Part shown: positions 1-10,264 of the stretch, piece by piece | How the letters are laid out: each line of letters begins with the position of its first letter | How positions within the stretch are numbered: the first letter of the stretch is position 1 | Assembly (NCBI GenBank): GCA_964609455.1 | Contig: CAZSRD010000009.1 | Coordinates: forward strand, 1-32,000 | DNA: 32,000 bases | DNA from: an uncultured Methanosarcinales archaeon | GTDB taxonomy: Archaea > Nanobdellota > Nanobdellia > Woesearchaeales > JACPBV01 | Reading direction: 5' to 3' | Notes under the pieces: generated by a model | What the model was told of the DNA's origin: nothing | What the model saw: the letters and a program-made list of their open reading frames with translations, nothing else | Database searches by the model: none | Position numbers and translations under genes: made by a program

Positions 1-2
1 TT

Positions 3-3000
3 TATGCTCAAAAAGAAGGTAAAACAGGAGCTATCCGAGACCATTTTGTCAATTATCTTGTTGATAGGATTGCTCCAACCATAGATGAAATAAAATTATT
101 TGAGAATGGAGTTACTGACAAAACAGATTCAAAAGAGATTGAGTACGGAAGAAATGCTGTAATAAAAGCAAGAGTTAATGATTTTGATGGCGGAACTGTT
201 ATTGATTTGATACCTGCGAGCGGCGTTAAAGAAGTTTGGTTATGTATTGATTCTAAACCTTGCTTAAAGGATTTCTATGATAATACTACAGATGCTAATG
301 GATATTATCAATTCAATCTTAGTGCTTTAGGTAGGGGGGCTCATACTGTTTATTTCTATGCACTTGATAATGAAACAAACCTTAATGATTCTGTTGAGTA
401 TACATTTAATGTGGTTGATACAAGGGGGCCAGATATTTATGTTGTTTACCCAGAGAATAATGCAACAGGAGAACAAACAACACTTTTGAATTTTTCAACT
501 TCAGAAGAGGCAAGATGTGATCTTTATCTTTTTGGAGCAACTGCACCTTCAATGCAAGAAACAGGATTTAAAAAAGGACATCCTTTCCAGGGTATAGGCC
601 TTAACCCACCTCAAGGACTTGCTCAAGAGCAAATAACCTCATTTAATGTTAGCTGTGTGGATACTTTAGGCAATTTCAATTCAATAAAAGTAGATATAAC
701 CTATTCACGAACATGGCCGCATATAGTTAATATATACCAATCGAGGCTTACAAGCCCCATAACTTCATTTTATAATATTGACAGGATTACTAGTTTAGAA
801 GTTGTTACGGATATTAATACGAGATGCGCATATTCTGGAGGCTTGTCTTCGGATCCAGATAATGTACCACCTACAGATTTCAATTTAATGACTTTGATGG
901 ACGATAGGATAATAACGACCCACTCTAGAGATTTGACACCAGACCTTATACAAATACCTAATTTTGCAGAAAATAAGGATTATACTTATTATGTATTGTG
1001 TAGGTATATATCACCACCGTATAGAGTTTCTGATCTTGGCCAGGTAGACTTTACTGTTAATGTTGGCTTTGGTTTTGTTGGTGTTGGGTCACCTCAAGGA
1101 AAAATAAATTATAGTGAAGTTACCTTAAATGTGAATACAACCTTATACTCAAGATGCCAGTATAAGTTACCAAGTGAAACTGCATGGATTTTCTTTAAAA
1201 ATGAGGCTACACAACTAAAGGTAGAGCACAAAAACACTTCTAGGATGAATGATGGGATATATGCATATAATATTAGGTGTACACCAGATACTAGCTTTAC
1301 CAGTAATGTGATATCAACGGATTTATTGTTTACTGTTAATACAAAGGGAAAACCAATTGCACCAATTATGTGGGGTCTTGACGAGAATGATAGATTTGCT
1401 GATGTTGGAGTTGACACAATTAACCTTGTTGGTTATGTTAATGATACTGGATTGGAAATCCGTTCTGCTGCAATAAAAGGGCAAGACTCCAAACCAGCTC
1501 AACCAGTAACATCTCAGCAAGCATCAAATTTTAAAAATTTAGTAGGTATACTTCCAAGTCTTGAGCCGGGAGGAGGATATGCCAAGGGCGTAACTGTAGT
1601 TAGAATTTCAGATTCCGACGCTTCGAAGATATCTTCTTCAGATTATATAGAATTTGCAAATCATAACTCCACTAATTTTATAAGATATGGTGTTCTTAGC
1701 GTAACAGACATCCAAGAGGAATGGGGGCCTACAAATGTTAACTTTAATCCGCCTTTATCTAAGGATGTACCTTCCGGAACGGTTATTCGTATTTATGATG
1801 GTGAAAAGCCAACTGGTTGGTTTGAAGTAAATGTTCCTTTATTTGAAGGCGAAAATAGAGTTGAGATATATGCGAAAAACTTTGCTGGAGAACCAGGAGA
1901 GCATAAAATAACATACACATATTACGATTCACAACCACCAGTAATCTCTAACTTTAAACTTGATAATGAAGTTTCTGATATTGCAATCTTTAGTGATGGT
2001 GTTATATCTGCTGATTTATCGGATCACTCTATTATTAAGAATGTAAGCATGTATATCAATTCTACCGGGCAGATGGTATTGAAACATAATGAAACCTTTG
2101 ATAAAACAAGTGGAACATTTTCATATACATATGGCCCTTTAAAAAACGGAACCTATATAGCCAATATAACTGCAGTTGATAAGTTTGGCCGTAAGAATCA
2201 TTCTACTTTCTTATTCAGAGTAGATACTTCTTTGCCTGATGCTCCTACATTCAATCTAGATGGGGGAAAGACCAATAGTGATTCTCCAACATTAGAGTTT
2301 ACTTATGAACAAGGAGTTAGTGTTGTTTGGTTACATGGCGTTCCCTATGTTTCTAATAGTACAACTGATAGCAAGACATATACTTTTGTAACATCTGGAC
2401 TAACTGATGGGGTGTATGATATCTCAATTGGAGCTAAATCAATAGCAGAAGGAGGAGTTAGGGCAACTAACTTCAGTTTTATAGTTGATTTAACAGATCC
2501 AACTATTGATATTACCAGTTCTTTCCCTGCTGTTGTAGGCACGCAGTATATTGATATTGATGGAACTTGCGGGGATAATTATGGCGGGGAGCTTGACATC
2601 ATAATAAGAAATGAAACTAGTACAATTTGGGATACAAATTGCTCTGATAGCGGCACATTTAGTTTTGCTGATATTCCTTTAGCAGATGGAATGAATACAT
2701 TAACTGTTGAAATAACTGATGATGCAGGAAATGTTGCAGAGGATAGCCTAGTAATTGAGTTAGATAGGGGATTCCCGCTTGTTCAGATAACAAATATTCT
2801 AAATAATAACCATATTAGTTATACTAACAACAACGAGTTATATAGAACTAATGATTCTAGTTTAACTATTGTTGGTACTTATGAGGACAATAATTTTGAC
2901 CATATAGAAGTTCAACGAAATGGTGTTACAATAACACCTTCAAGGCTTACAACGGGCAGCCCATTCCAAGCTGATATTACTTTAGTTGGGGTTAATGGGG

Positions 3001-5042
3001 TTGAAACTTTAAATAATATCAAGATTATAGGTATTGATCAGACTGGATTAACTGATAGTGATGAAGTTAATGTGACTTATGATTTAGGGGGACCACAGAT
3101 TGTGCATATTGTACCTGAAACTTATACTACTGCAAATTTATGGCCTATGATTGAACTAACTTTAAATGAAAAAACAAACTTATGTTATATTAATTATACT
3201 TCTTCAGTTGGGCCAAAAAGTGAACAATTTATTAAAGATACAGATACTCACTTTACATTACAATTGGGTTTTGTTTTAGATAACACTCCAAATGCTGTTA
3301 AGACCCAATACATTAAGATTTATTGCGAGGATCAATTCCTTAATCCTATTGTTCATACAATACCTTTTACAGTAGATTTAAGCCCAGTTACAATAACTGA
3401 CTTTTCACTAGGACATGGTTTAGGCTCAATAATGTTGTATAGCACTGCAGATGTGGAAACTTATGTTATCACCCAGTTTGCAGCTTTAGGCGGAACAGCA
3501 ACAGACATACAATTAAATGCCATAACAAACAAAGATACTAGGTGCACTTATTCTGGCAGTTTGTCTGGGCAATTTGTTAATTATGGTTCTTATACCACAA
3601 CCCATTCAGCTTACGGCATACCTATTTACAACAACAGCCAGTATGAATACCTTCTTGTATGCCAAGACAAGGCAGGAGCATTTACCCCAGTTAAAACAAT
3701 AAGAGTAATAGCTAATACTTCATTCGAGGCAGGGTTGCCAAACATTAACATAAATGAGGTTCTTATTAATGGCAATTTATTAACAACAACGCCTTATAGA
3801 ACAGACCAAAACAAAGTAACCATAAGGGGCGATTTTAGGGATGAGGCTGGGTTAGGCATTAATGTTCTGAGAAATAATGTTTTATTGACGAATATTGATA
3901 AAAGTATAATTACAACTGGCCCAGCTTCTGGCCAATTTGAAGTAAATATAACCTTATTAGGGAATTCTAACCAAGAGACTATCAATAATATAACTTTAAA
4001 AATAGGTGATGGCTCTTTTGCTAAGGCATGGGTTGTAGTAATTAAAGATCTTTTAGGGCCACAGATTGAGCATATTGTACCTGAGACAAACACTACTGCA
4101 GATAATACTCCTACGATAGAGATAACATTAAATGAACCTGCACAAGAGTGCAGGATTAATTATACTGCTTGGTTTACAGGAGAAAATACAGAGGAGAATT
4201 TTGTTGGTTTTGGTGACGCGCATTTTACAGTAACATTGAGCCAGCCAATGGATTATACTCCTAACGGCGTTAAGCTACAAAATATTAAGATCTATTGTAA
4301 AGATATGTTTTCTAATCCGGCTGTGCACACTGTATCGTTTACTATTGATGATACTATTGCAGCAGTAACTGACTTTTCTATTTACCATTCACCTGGTTTC
4401 TTATTGTTGTCTGATGGGGAAAGCACAAGAGAATATGCAATAACCAAATTTACAGGCCAAATCAATCCTTCAACATACATTAAGTTATTGGTGAATACAA
4501 ACAAAGATACTAGGTGCACTTATTCTGGCAGTTCATCTGGCCAATTTAAGAATTATAACACTTATATTAAACAACACGAAACAAACCCTATCCAAATTTT
4601 TAACAATACAGATTATACTTATAATATTGTCTGTGAGGATAAATCAGGACTGCAAACAGGAATAAAGACTATAAAGATACAAGCAGATTCTACTTATGAG
4701 GCCGGGAAACCAACAATAACACCACTTAAACCTACTTATGTTGAGATTCCTGCAAATGCACCAACTATAAACTCATTAGATATATGGTTTAATGGTACTA
4801 TAGAGGCCCCTTTAGGTTATTCTATACAATACGGCAGTTTATTGATAAATGGCGCAGTTTCACAAACACAGCCAATACCTCTTGCTAGTGGAGGTAATTA
4901 TGGTGTGTTGGTGCATTTTAATTCAGATGGCATGTATGAATATTATCTCTTTGCAAATGCAAGTAATAACAAAAAAGAAAACAAAACTGGTTATTTAAAA
5001 ATTGATACATCACAGTTAGATGTGGGCATTATAATAGAATGA
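3..5042 (+). CDS. Giant secreted/surface protein with Ig-like/cadherin-like beta-sandwich repeats (5' truncated by window edge)
   Basis: ORF track gives 207..5042, but the same frame is open back to nt 3 (YAQKEGKTGAIRDHFVNYLVDRIAPTIDE...). Low-Cys, Thr/Asn/Val-rich sequence with recurring DxxPP/GPQIxHIVPET units typical of Ig-like surface repeats. Confidence 0.85.
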   Translation, partial: YAQKEGKTGAIRDHFVNYLVDRIAPTIDEIKLFENGVTDKTDSKEIEYGRNAVIKARVNDFDGGTVIDLIPASGVKEVWLCIDSKPCLKDFYDNTTDANGYYQFNLSALGRGAHTVYFYALDNETNLNDSVEYTFNVVDTRGPDIYVVYPENNATGEQTTLLNFSTSEEARCDLYLFGATAPSMQETGFKKGHPFQGIGLNPPQGLAQEQITSFNVSCVDTLGNFNSIKVDITYSRTWPHIVNIYQSRLTSPITSFYNIDRITSLEVVTDINTRCAYSGGLSSDPDNVPPTDFNLMTLMDDRIITTHSRDLTPDLIQIPNFAENKDYTYYVLCRYISPPYRVSDLGQVDFTVNVGFGFVGVGSPQGKINYSEVTLNVNTTLYSRCQYKLPSETAWIFFKNEATQLKVEHKNTSRMNDGIYAYNIRCTPDTSFTSNVISTDLLFTVNTKGKPIAPIMWGLDENDRFADVGVDTINLVGYVNDTGLEIRSAAIKGQDSKPAQPVTSQQASNFKNLVGILPSLEPGGGYAKGVTVVRISDSDASKISSSDYIEFANHNSTNFIRYGVLSVTDIQEEWGPTNVNFNPPLSKDVPSGTVIRIYDGEKPTGWFEVNVPLFEGENRVEIYAKNFAGEPGEHKITYTYYDSQPPVISNFKLDNEVSDIAIFSDGVISADLSDHSIIKNVSMYINSTGQMVLKHNETFDKTSGTFSYTYGPLKNGTYIANITAVDKFGRKNHSTFLFRVDTSLPDAPTFNLDGGKTNSDSPTLEFTYEQGVSVVWLHGVPYVSNSTTDSKTYTFVTSGLTDGVYDISIGAKSIAEGGVRATNFSFIVDLTDPTIDITSSFPAVVGTQYIDIDGTCGDNYGGELDIIIRNETSTIWDTNCSDSGTFSFADIPLADGMNTLTVEITDDAGNVAEDSLVIELDRGFPLVQITNILNNNHISYTNNNELYRTNDSSLTIVGTYEDNNFDHIEVQRNGVTITPSRLTTGSPFQADITLVGVNGVETLNNIKIIGIDQTGLTDSDEVNVTYDLGGPQIVHIVPETYTTANLWPMIELTLNEKTNLCYINYTSSVGPKSEQFIKDTDTHFTLQLGFVLDNTPNAVKTQYIKIYCEDQFLNPIVHTIPFTVDLSPVTITDFSLGHGLGSIMLYSTADVETYVITQFAALGGTATDIQLNAITNKDTRCTYSGSLSGQFVNYGSYTTTHSAYGIPIYNNSQYEYLLVCQDKAGAFTPVKTIRVIANTSFEAGLPNININEVLINGNLLTTTPYRTDQNKVTIRGDFRDEAGLGINVLRNNVLLTNIDKSIITTGPASGQFEVNITLLGNSNQETINNITLKIGDGSFAKAWVVVIKDLLGPQIEHIVPETNTTADNTPTIEITLNEPAQECRINYTAWFTGENTEENFVGFGDAHFTVTLSQPMDYTPNGVKLQNIKIYCKDMFSNPAVHTVSFTIDDTIAAVTDFSIYHSPGFLLLSDGESTREYAITKFTGQINPSTYIKLLVNTNKDTRCTYSGSSSGQFKNYNTYIKQHETNPIQIFNNTDYTYNIVCEDKSGLQTGIKTIKIQADSTYEAGKPTITPLKPTYVEIPANAPTINSLDIWFNGTIEAPLGYSIQYGSLLINGAVSQTQPIPLASGGNYGVLVHFNSDGMYEYYLFANASNNKKENKTGYLKIDTSQLDVGIIIE
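2820..4710 (+). repeat. Internal tandem duplication (~0.93 kb per unit) in the giant surface protein: approx. 2820..3740 and 3775..4710
   Basis: Protein-level repeat: 'YRTNDSSLTIVGTYEDNNFDHIEVQRN...GPQIVHIVPETYTTA...TNKDTRCTYSGSLSGQFVNYGSY...FEAG' versus 'YRTDQNKVTIRGDFRDEAGLGINVLRN...GPQIEHIVPETNTTA...TNKDTRCTYSGSSSGQFKNYNTY...YEAG'. Boundaries approximate. Confidence 0.8.
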
Positions 5043-7906
5043 AACTAAACAAAAATAATTTGAAAAGCTGGGTTGTTGTAGTGTTTATGTTATTTATTTT
5101 AGTACACTTTGTTGAGTCTATAGGCACTTATTACAATCCCACGCCTACTTTTAAATTGAATTTTTCAAAACCAGTTGTAGTAGAATCAATTGTTGTAACG
5201 CTTAAAAATTTATCTAATTCTGATTTTTCAAGTTATTTGAGCAGAAATTCTGTTTCTACTGACAGGAAGAATGTGACTTATATTACTACACAGGCTTTGC
5301 CAGAAGGAAATTCATATAATTTTACTATAAAAGCAACTGATGATAGTGGCGGGCAAGTGAATAAAACAATTTTGTTTAATATAGAGTACCCTCCTTTAGA
5401 TATTCAAATTGTTGAGCCCAGGTTTAGCGTTACTGCTAATGATTCAGTTGATTTAGCGGTTAGTACAGCTAGATACGCGAAATGTAATCTTAGCCTTATA
5501 GGTTTTGATTATCTTGATTTATTTGAAACTACACAGGGTACGGAACATAGAGAAGATGATGTGCCCATATATACACAATCGCCATACGAAACAGATTTAT
5601 ATATTAGGTGTGTAGGTAACTTTGGTAAGGTTTATGATGCAGAGCCGAAAATAATTTATGACCATGTTGCTCCAACCATAAGTTTAACTGCAGATGATGT
5701 AACCGAAACACCATTTGAGACGACACTTTATGTTACTTCAACTGGGCTAGGGAATGAGCCAGTTATATGTAGATATAGCAATGATACTGTACATTTCCCT
5801 GATATGATAGAATTTGAAGATTATGATGAGGATAACATAACTTCATATAAACCAAGCCATGAGCAGGTTGTTGGTGCCCCGTACATTAAAGATAATTCAA
5901 CAGTGAGTTTTTCTGTTGTTTGTGCCGACAAATCCGGAAGATTGTCTAATGCAGCAGATGTTGATGTTGATGTTGATACAACAAAACCAGCATCCTTAGA
6001 AATAAATTTCCCTACTGGACCCGTATCTTCTACAGGTATACATTTTGATATTAGTGCAAACAAAAGATTCCAACGATGTGATTATAAGGCTTCTGGAGGT
6101 AGTTATAGAAATTTTGTTGCTGGTTTAGATACAAATAATTATGTTAGTTCAACTTTAATTGTTCTTTCTCCAGGAAGTTATACTTATTATGTAAAATGTG
6201 GTTTTCGTAATGCAACTACCGGTTATCCTTATTATGTTGAAAAAAGTACAAGCTTTGTGATTGATAATACTGCTCCTAACATGACTCGTATTGAGATGAT
6301 ATCTCCTTTAGATAATAATACAGGTAAGACCTATAGGGATGATGAGTTGAATTTAGAATGGGAATCACAGGATAATGAAAGCTCTGTTGACTTGTATGCT
6401 TATTATGTCTATTGGGATAAAACAAGCGGTATTCACCCCCTTATAGAAACAGGAACGATTCCCCCTGCCAGCGATAATGAGTATGGGATAGATCATTTAT
6501 CTTTGAATAATTCTCAAAAATATTATGTTCTAGTACAAGCTAGAAATGCAGTTGGTTTGTGGGGTGGCAATATCTCCAGTTCATCTATTCAAGTCGATAC
6601 AAGCTTGGTTCCAGCTGGCTGCAACAACAATAAGAAAGAGGGCACGGAAACGGATATTGATTGCGGGGGCAGCTGCCCTGATTGCGGTTTGAGGAAGAAC
6701 TGCACTGAGAATTCTGATTGCGCAAGTAATTATTGCAATTCATCTAATAAATGTGATTCTGCAGAATGCGATGATAATATACTAAATGGCGCAGAGTCTG
6801 ATGTTGATTGCGGCGGAAATTGCAGAAAATGCGCAGTGGGTAAATATTGTGATAGAGACTCAGATTGCCTTACTGGAAATTGTGATTCGAGTACAGACAA
6901 ATGCGCTGCTGTTTTAGACACATGCTATAACAGCAGGCTGGATCCTGCTGAAACTGATGTTGATTGCGGGGGCAGCTGTCCTGGTTGCGGCGTTGGAAAG
7001 AATTGCGATGCAGATGATGATTGCATGTCAACAGCAGAATGCGCTGCTGGCCTTTGTAAATTGAAGCCTGTAGACACTGATGGAGACGGGGTTAATGATG
7101 ATGTGGATAATTGCCCAAGTGTTTCTAATACTAACCAGGCAGATGCTGACAATGATGATGTAGGAGATGCTTGCGATAATGATGCTGACAATGATGGCTT
7201 GCCAGATTCTTTTGAACAGCAATATTTCAATTGTATAAGCTGCGCAAATCCCAGTGATGATCCAGATAAGGACGGTTTAACAAATTTAGATGAGTATACT
7301 TATAATACAAACCCTACGAAAAAAGACACTGATGGGGATGGCGCAAGCGATAAGGAGGAAATTGATGCTGGCACGGATCCACTTGATAAAAGTTCAAAGC
7401 CAGGCGGAGGCGATTTCTGGAAATATTTATTCATTATATTTATATTGATTGCATTGGGAGTTGGCGGCTATTTTGGTTATGGGATGTTAAAGCAGAATAA
7501 AAAACCATTTGTGCCACCAAAAGCTCCTACAAAGGCCCCTATGAGGGGGCCAAGTATGCCTGTAAGAAGGCCAATGCCTATGATGAGAAGGCAGTTAAAT
7601 TCTGCTAGGCCACAATATGCACCATTAAAAACACAGATTCAAAAATTTGTAAAACCTATATCTAATATTATAAAACCAGCACCTGCCCAGGTGAAGAAAG
7701 TTGAGCTTGAGGAACCCAAAGTAACGCCAAAAAATAAATTAGAAGAGAAAAAAGAAGATATATTCAAAAAACTGCATGAAATAGCAGCAGCAGAAAGGGA
7801 AGAGCAGGTGGAAAAGAACATGAAATCTTTAAAGATGACAGATAAGGAACTTAAGGACAGAATTCAAAAGTTAAGGAGTGAGCTAAAAATACCTGTGAAA
7901 AAATAA
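5039..7906 (+). CDS. Cys-rich surface protein with DCGGxCxxC repeats, thrombospondin type-3-like Ca-binding repeats, C-terminal TM helix and charged cytoplasmic tail
   Basis: N-terminal hydrophobic segment (VVVFMLFILVHFV); three 'ETDxDCGGxCxxC...CxxxxDC' units; DTDGDGVNDDVDNCP / DADNDDVGDAC / DTDGDGASDKEE motifs; TM 'YLFIIFILIALGVGGYFGYGML'; Lys/Glu-rich tail. Start overlaps the previous stop (ATGA). Confidence 0.85.
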   Translation: MKLNKNNLKSWVVVVFMLFILVHFVESIGTYYNPTPTFKLNFSKPVVVESIVVTLKNLSNSDFSSYLSRNSVSTDRKNVTYITTQALPEGNSYNFTIKATDDSGGQVNKTILFNIEYPPLDIQIVEPRFSVTANDSVDLAVSTARYAKCNLSLIGFDYLDLFETTQGTEHREDDVPIYTQSPYETDLYIRCVGNFGKVYDAEPKIIYDHVAPTISLTADDVTETPFETTLYVTSTGLGNEPVICRYSNDTVHFPDMIEFEDYDEDNITSYKPSHEQVVGAPYIKDNSTVSFSVVCADKSGRLSNAADVDVDVDTTKPASLEINFPTGPVSSTGIHFDISANKRFQRCDYKASGGSYRNFVAGLDTNNYVSSTLIVLSPGSYTYYVKCGFRNATTGYPYYVEKSTSFVIDNTAPNMTRIEMISPLDNNTGKTYRDDELNLEWESQDNESSVDLYAYYVYWDKTSGIHPLIETGTIPPASDNEYGIDHLSLNNSQKYYVLVQARNAVGLWGGNISSSSIQVDTSLVPAGCNNNKKEGTETDIDCGGSCPDCGLRKNCTENSDCASNYCNSSNKCDSAECDDNILNGAESDVDCGGNCRKCAVGKYCDRDSDCLTGNCDSSTDKCAAVLDTCYNSRLDPAETDVDCGGSCPGCGVGKNCDADDDCMSTAECAAGLCKLKPVDTDGDGVNDDVDNCPSVSNTNQADADNDDVGDACDNDADNDGLPDSFEQQYFNCISCANPSDDPDKDGLTNLDEYTYNTNPTKKDTDGDGASDKEEIDAGTDPLDKSSKPGGGDFWKYLFIIFILIALGVGGYFGYGMLKQNKKPFVPPKAPTKAPMRGPSMPVRRPMPMMRRQLNSARPQYAPLKTQIQKFVKPISNIIKPAPAQVKKVELEEPKVTPKNKLEEKKEDIFKKLHEIAAAEREEQVEKNMKSLKMTDKELKDRIQKLRSELKIPVKK

Positions 7907-7907
7907 A

Positions 7908-8405
7908 ATGACTTCTAAACAAAGCCAGATAACTGTACAGGTATTCGTTTATATCGTCGCTATTATTTTGTTTTCTTTTATTTTGATTTACGGGTATAAT
8001 TCAATAAGGGGGTTTAAGGAAAGGTCAGAGCAGATATCATATATCAAGTTTAAGACAGATTTAATCTCTGCTGTTGATAGGATATCTCCTGATTATGGAA
8101 CTTTGAAAAGAGAAGAGTTTTATATTGGCGGGGAATATAACAAGATTTGTTTTGTTCAGAGTTACAAAAAGGCAGTTAATTTTGTTGATGATGTTGATTG
8201 GAATGGCGACTTGATTGTTAAGGATAGTGTCGAAAGCGGGGTTGAGAAAAATACATTTTTGTTTACAAACACCCTACAAGAATCTTTTGATATTGGCCCA
8301 ATAAATGTGAGTGATGGGTATAACTGCGCTCTTGTTAGGAACGGCAAAGTAAAAATACAGTTTAAAGGCGAAGGAGATCATGCATATATATCTAATTGGG
8401 GGTGA
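7908..8405 (+). CDS. Small membrane-anchored/pilin-like hypothetical protein
   Basis: Single N-terminal hydrophobic helix (ITVQVFVYIVAIILFSFILIYG) followed by a soluble domain; 1 nt after the preceding gene, so probably the same operon. Confidence 0.6.
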   Translation: MTSKQSQITVQVFVYIVAIILFSFILIYGYNSIRGFKERSEQISYIKFKTDLISAVDRISPDYGTLKREEFYIGGEYNKICFVQSYKKAVNFVDDVDWNGDLIVKDSVESGVEKNTFLFTNTLQESFDIGPINVSDGYNCALVRNGKVKIQFKGEGDHAYISNWG

Positions 8406-8869
8406 TTACCATTAATTGCGATATGTGCGGCAAGGAATCGAGCTTATTTAAAACGGACTTAGAAGGATCAATACTTAGCTTGTGCAGTGATTGTTCTAAG
8501 TATGGGAGTGTTATTTCTGCTATTAGGGAAGAGAAAGAAGAGCCTAAAAAACATGTTCGAGAGATTAAGCAAGAGCAAGAAGAAATAGTATTGGCCATAG
8601 TCCAAGGTTATGGGGATATTATAAAAAAGAAAAGAGAGGATTTCGGTATAAAACAAGAAGACGTTGCTAAGAAAATTAATGAAAAAGTTTCTTTAATCCA
8701 CAAGCTGGAAATAAACCAGTTTGAGCCTTCAATCGAACTTGCTAGGAAGATTGAGAAATTTTTACATGTTAAATTGGTAGAACAACAAAAACTTGGGTTA
8801 GAACCACTAAATACTCCAAAAGGGGAGCATTTCACTATTGGAGATTTTATTAAGATTAAAAAGAGATAG
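8396..8869 (+). CDS. Archaeal MBF1-like transcription factor (zinc ribbon + HTH)
   Basis: N-terminal CxxC...CxxC (CDMCGKESSLFKTDLEGSILSLCSDC) plus HTH 'IIKKKREDFGIKQEDVAKKINEKVSLIHKLEINQFEPSIELARKIEKFL', typical of archaeal MBF1. Confidence 0.85.
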   Translation: MGVITINCDMCGKESSLFKTDLEGSILSLCSDCSKYGSVISAIREEKEEPKKHVREIKQEQEEIVLAIVQGYGDIIKKKREDFGIKQEDVAKKINEKVSLIHKLEINQFEPSIELARKIEKFLHVKLVEQQKLGLEPLNTPKGEHFTIGDFIKIKKR

Positions 8870-10264
8870 TCATCTGGCCAATATTATTTGTTCACAAACA
8901 CCCCCCTTTCTATTGTACACAACATCAAAATCTGATTTTATAGAATTAAGAAAGTTTATTGCCTTTTCTTCGCATTCTTTGTCATTTTGGGGGCAGGGTA
9001 ATATATCACAGGTATCTATTAGTATATGTTTTGCTTCTTTTAGATTTTTATTTAATTCACTTATTCTTTTTGAATCAAATAAGGGGTAATATATCAGCTC
9101 ATCTGTTTTTTTGTTGGAACTAACCATAAACACAGGATTCGTTATCCAAATTCCACTATTAACTTCGTTTTTATTTAGGTAATCAGTGAATTGAGGGTAT
9201 TCTTTGTAGTTTGGGGGGGTTATGCGGCCAAAGGTTTGTGTTAAAGGAATCAATATTATTAAAGCTATAAGGGAGTAAAATACCTTTTTTCTGTGTTTCT
9301 CTAAAATTAAGGACTGTGAAATCCCATAAGCAGTTATTAAGTGCATGTAAGGAAGAAAGACAATAACAAACCTCATTTCTTTATGCGCAATTAAATTGAA
9401 AAAAAGGAAAAATAATAAGAAGATGCCCAATATTGTTATATTTTTTTCTTTTGGTCTTTTTAAAATTAGGATAATGCCCGGGATAATAAAAAGAAGAAGA
9501 AAATTCTCTCTTAACAGATTTATGAAATAAAATTGCAGCGGTTGATGGAACACCCACCCAGTATTTTTTGTCATGAATGATTGCAGTATGAATGGGAATA
9601 TTGGATTTTTGTAAAGAAAAAGATTAATTATCAGGTAAGGTATTGAGATTATTAATACCCCCATCGTTATTGTTAATAAATTTTTAAATTTCTTTTTTTC
9701 GAAGTACAACAATATTAACATAAGCGGTATTAAGACTAACAATTGCAGAAATCTTGCCATAGAACTAAAACCAATAAATATGCCTGTTGCTAAATACTTG
9801 TGTTGAATGAAAAAATAAACCCCTAATAACGAAAAGAATGTTGAGGGTATACCTGTAAGGATGGTTGAGCTATAAAACAAAAAGGTTAAACTAAATGCCA
9901 AGAAAAAAGAAGACAATAACCCCACATACTCATCAAAAACTTTTTTTCCAATAAGATATGTTAGGTGTATGCAACCTACGGCTAAAATCAATTCAATTAT
10001 CCTACCACACATTATGGGGTTTAGATTAATTTTCCAAAAGAAACCTAATATAAATGGCCAAAATAATGGTCTTGAGGCCTCCCATAACCCAATATTGCCA
10101 CCTGAGAATATATACTTCCCCATTTCTATATAAACTGCAGAATCCCAAGCCACCCCTTTTTGAGTAAATAGTTGGGTGATTTTTATCGATAAAAAAAAGA
10201 ATATAATCAAAAAAAATATGATTCTTTTTGTTTTAGGTTTCCACTGAGGTTTCATTTTTATCAT
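8870..10264 (-). CDS. Multi-TM glycosyltransferase of GT39/GT83 (ArnT/PMT-like) type
   Basis: Many hydrophobic helices; N-terminal 'AWDSAVYIEMGKYIFSGG' resembles the first loop acidic motif of GT-C enzymes; 'HKEMRFVIVFLPYM' as in GT39-like proteins. Start could be the internal ATG at 10255. Confidence 0.75.
   Translation of the reverse strand: MIKMKPQWKPKTKRIIFFLIIFFFLSIKITQLFTQKGVAWDSAVYIEMGKYIFSGGNIGLWEASRPLFWPFILGFFWKINLNPIMCGRIIELILAVGCIHLTYLIGKKVFDEYVGLLSSFFLAFSLTFLFYSSTILTGIPSTFFSLLGVYFFIQHKYLATGIFIGFSSMARFLQLLVLIPLMLILLYFEKKKFKNLLTITMGVLIISIPYLIINLFLYKNPIFPFILQSFMTKNTGWVFHQPLQFYFINLLRENFLLLFIIPGIILILKRPKEKNITILGIFLLFFLFFNLIAHKEMRFVIVFLPYMHLITAYGISQSLILEKHRKKVFYSLIALIILIPLTQTFGRITPPNYKEYPQFTDYLNKNEVNSGIWITNPVFMVSSNKKTDELIYYPLFDSKRISELNKNLKEAKHILIDTCDILPCPQNDKECEEKAINFLNSIKSDFDVVYNRKGGVCEQIILAR

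Noticed and set aside
5821-7821. Minus-strand ORFs (5821..6063, 6730..6921, 6925..7230, 7028..7222, 7639..7821)
   Set aside because: Antisense to the well-supported Cys-rich/TSP3 surface protein.
8838-9089. Plus-strand 83-aa ORF at the MBF1/glycosyltransferase junction, plus 10327..10539
   Set aside because: Antisense to the glycosyltransferase and thioredoxin-fold genes, no ribosome-binding site or domain recognised.
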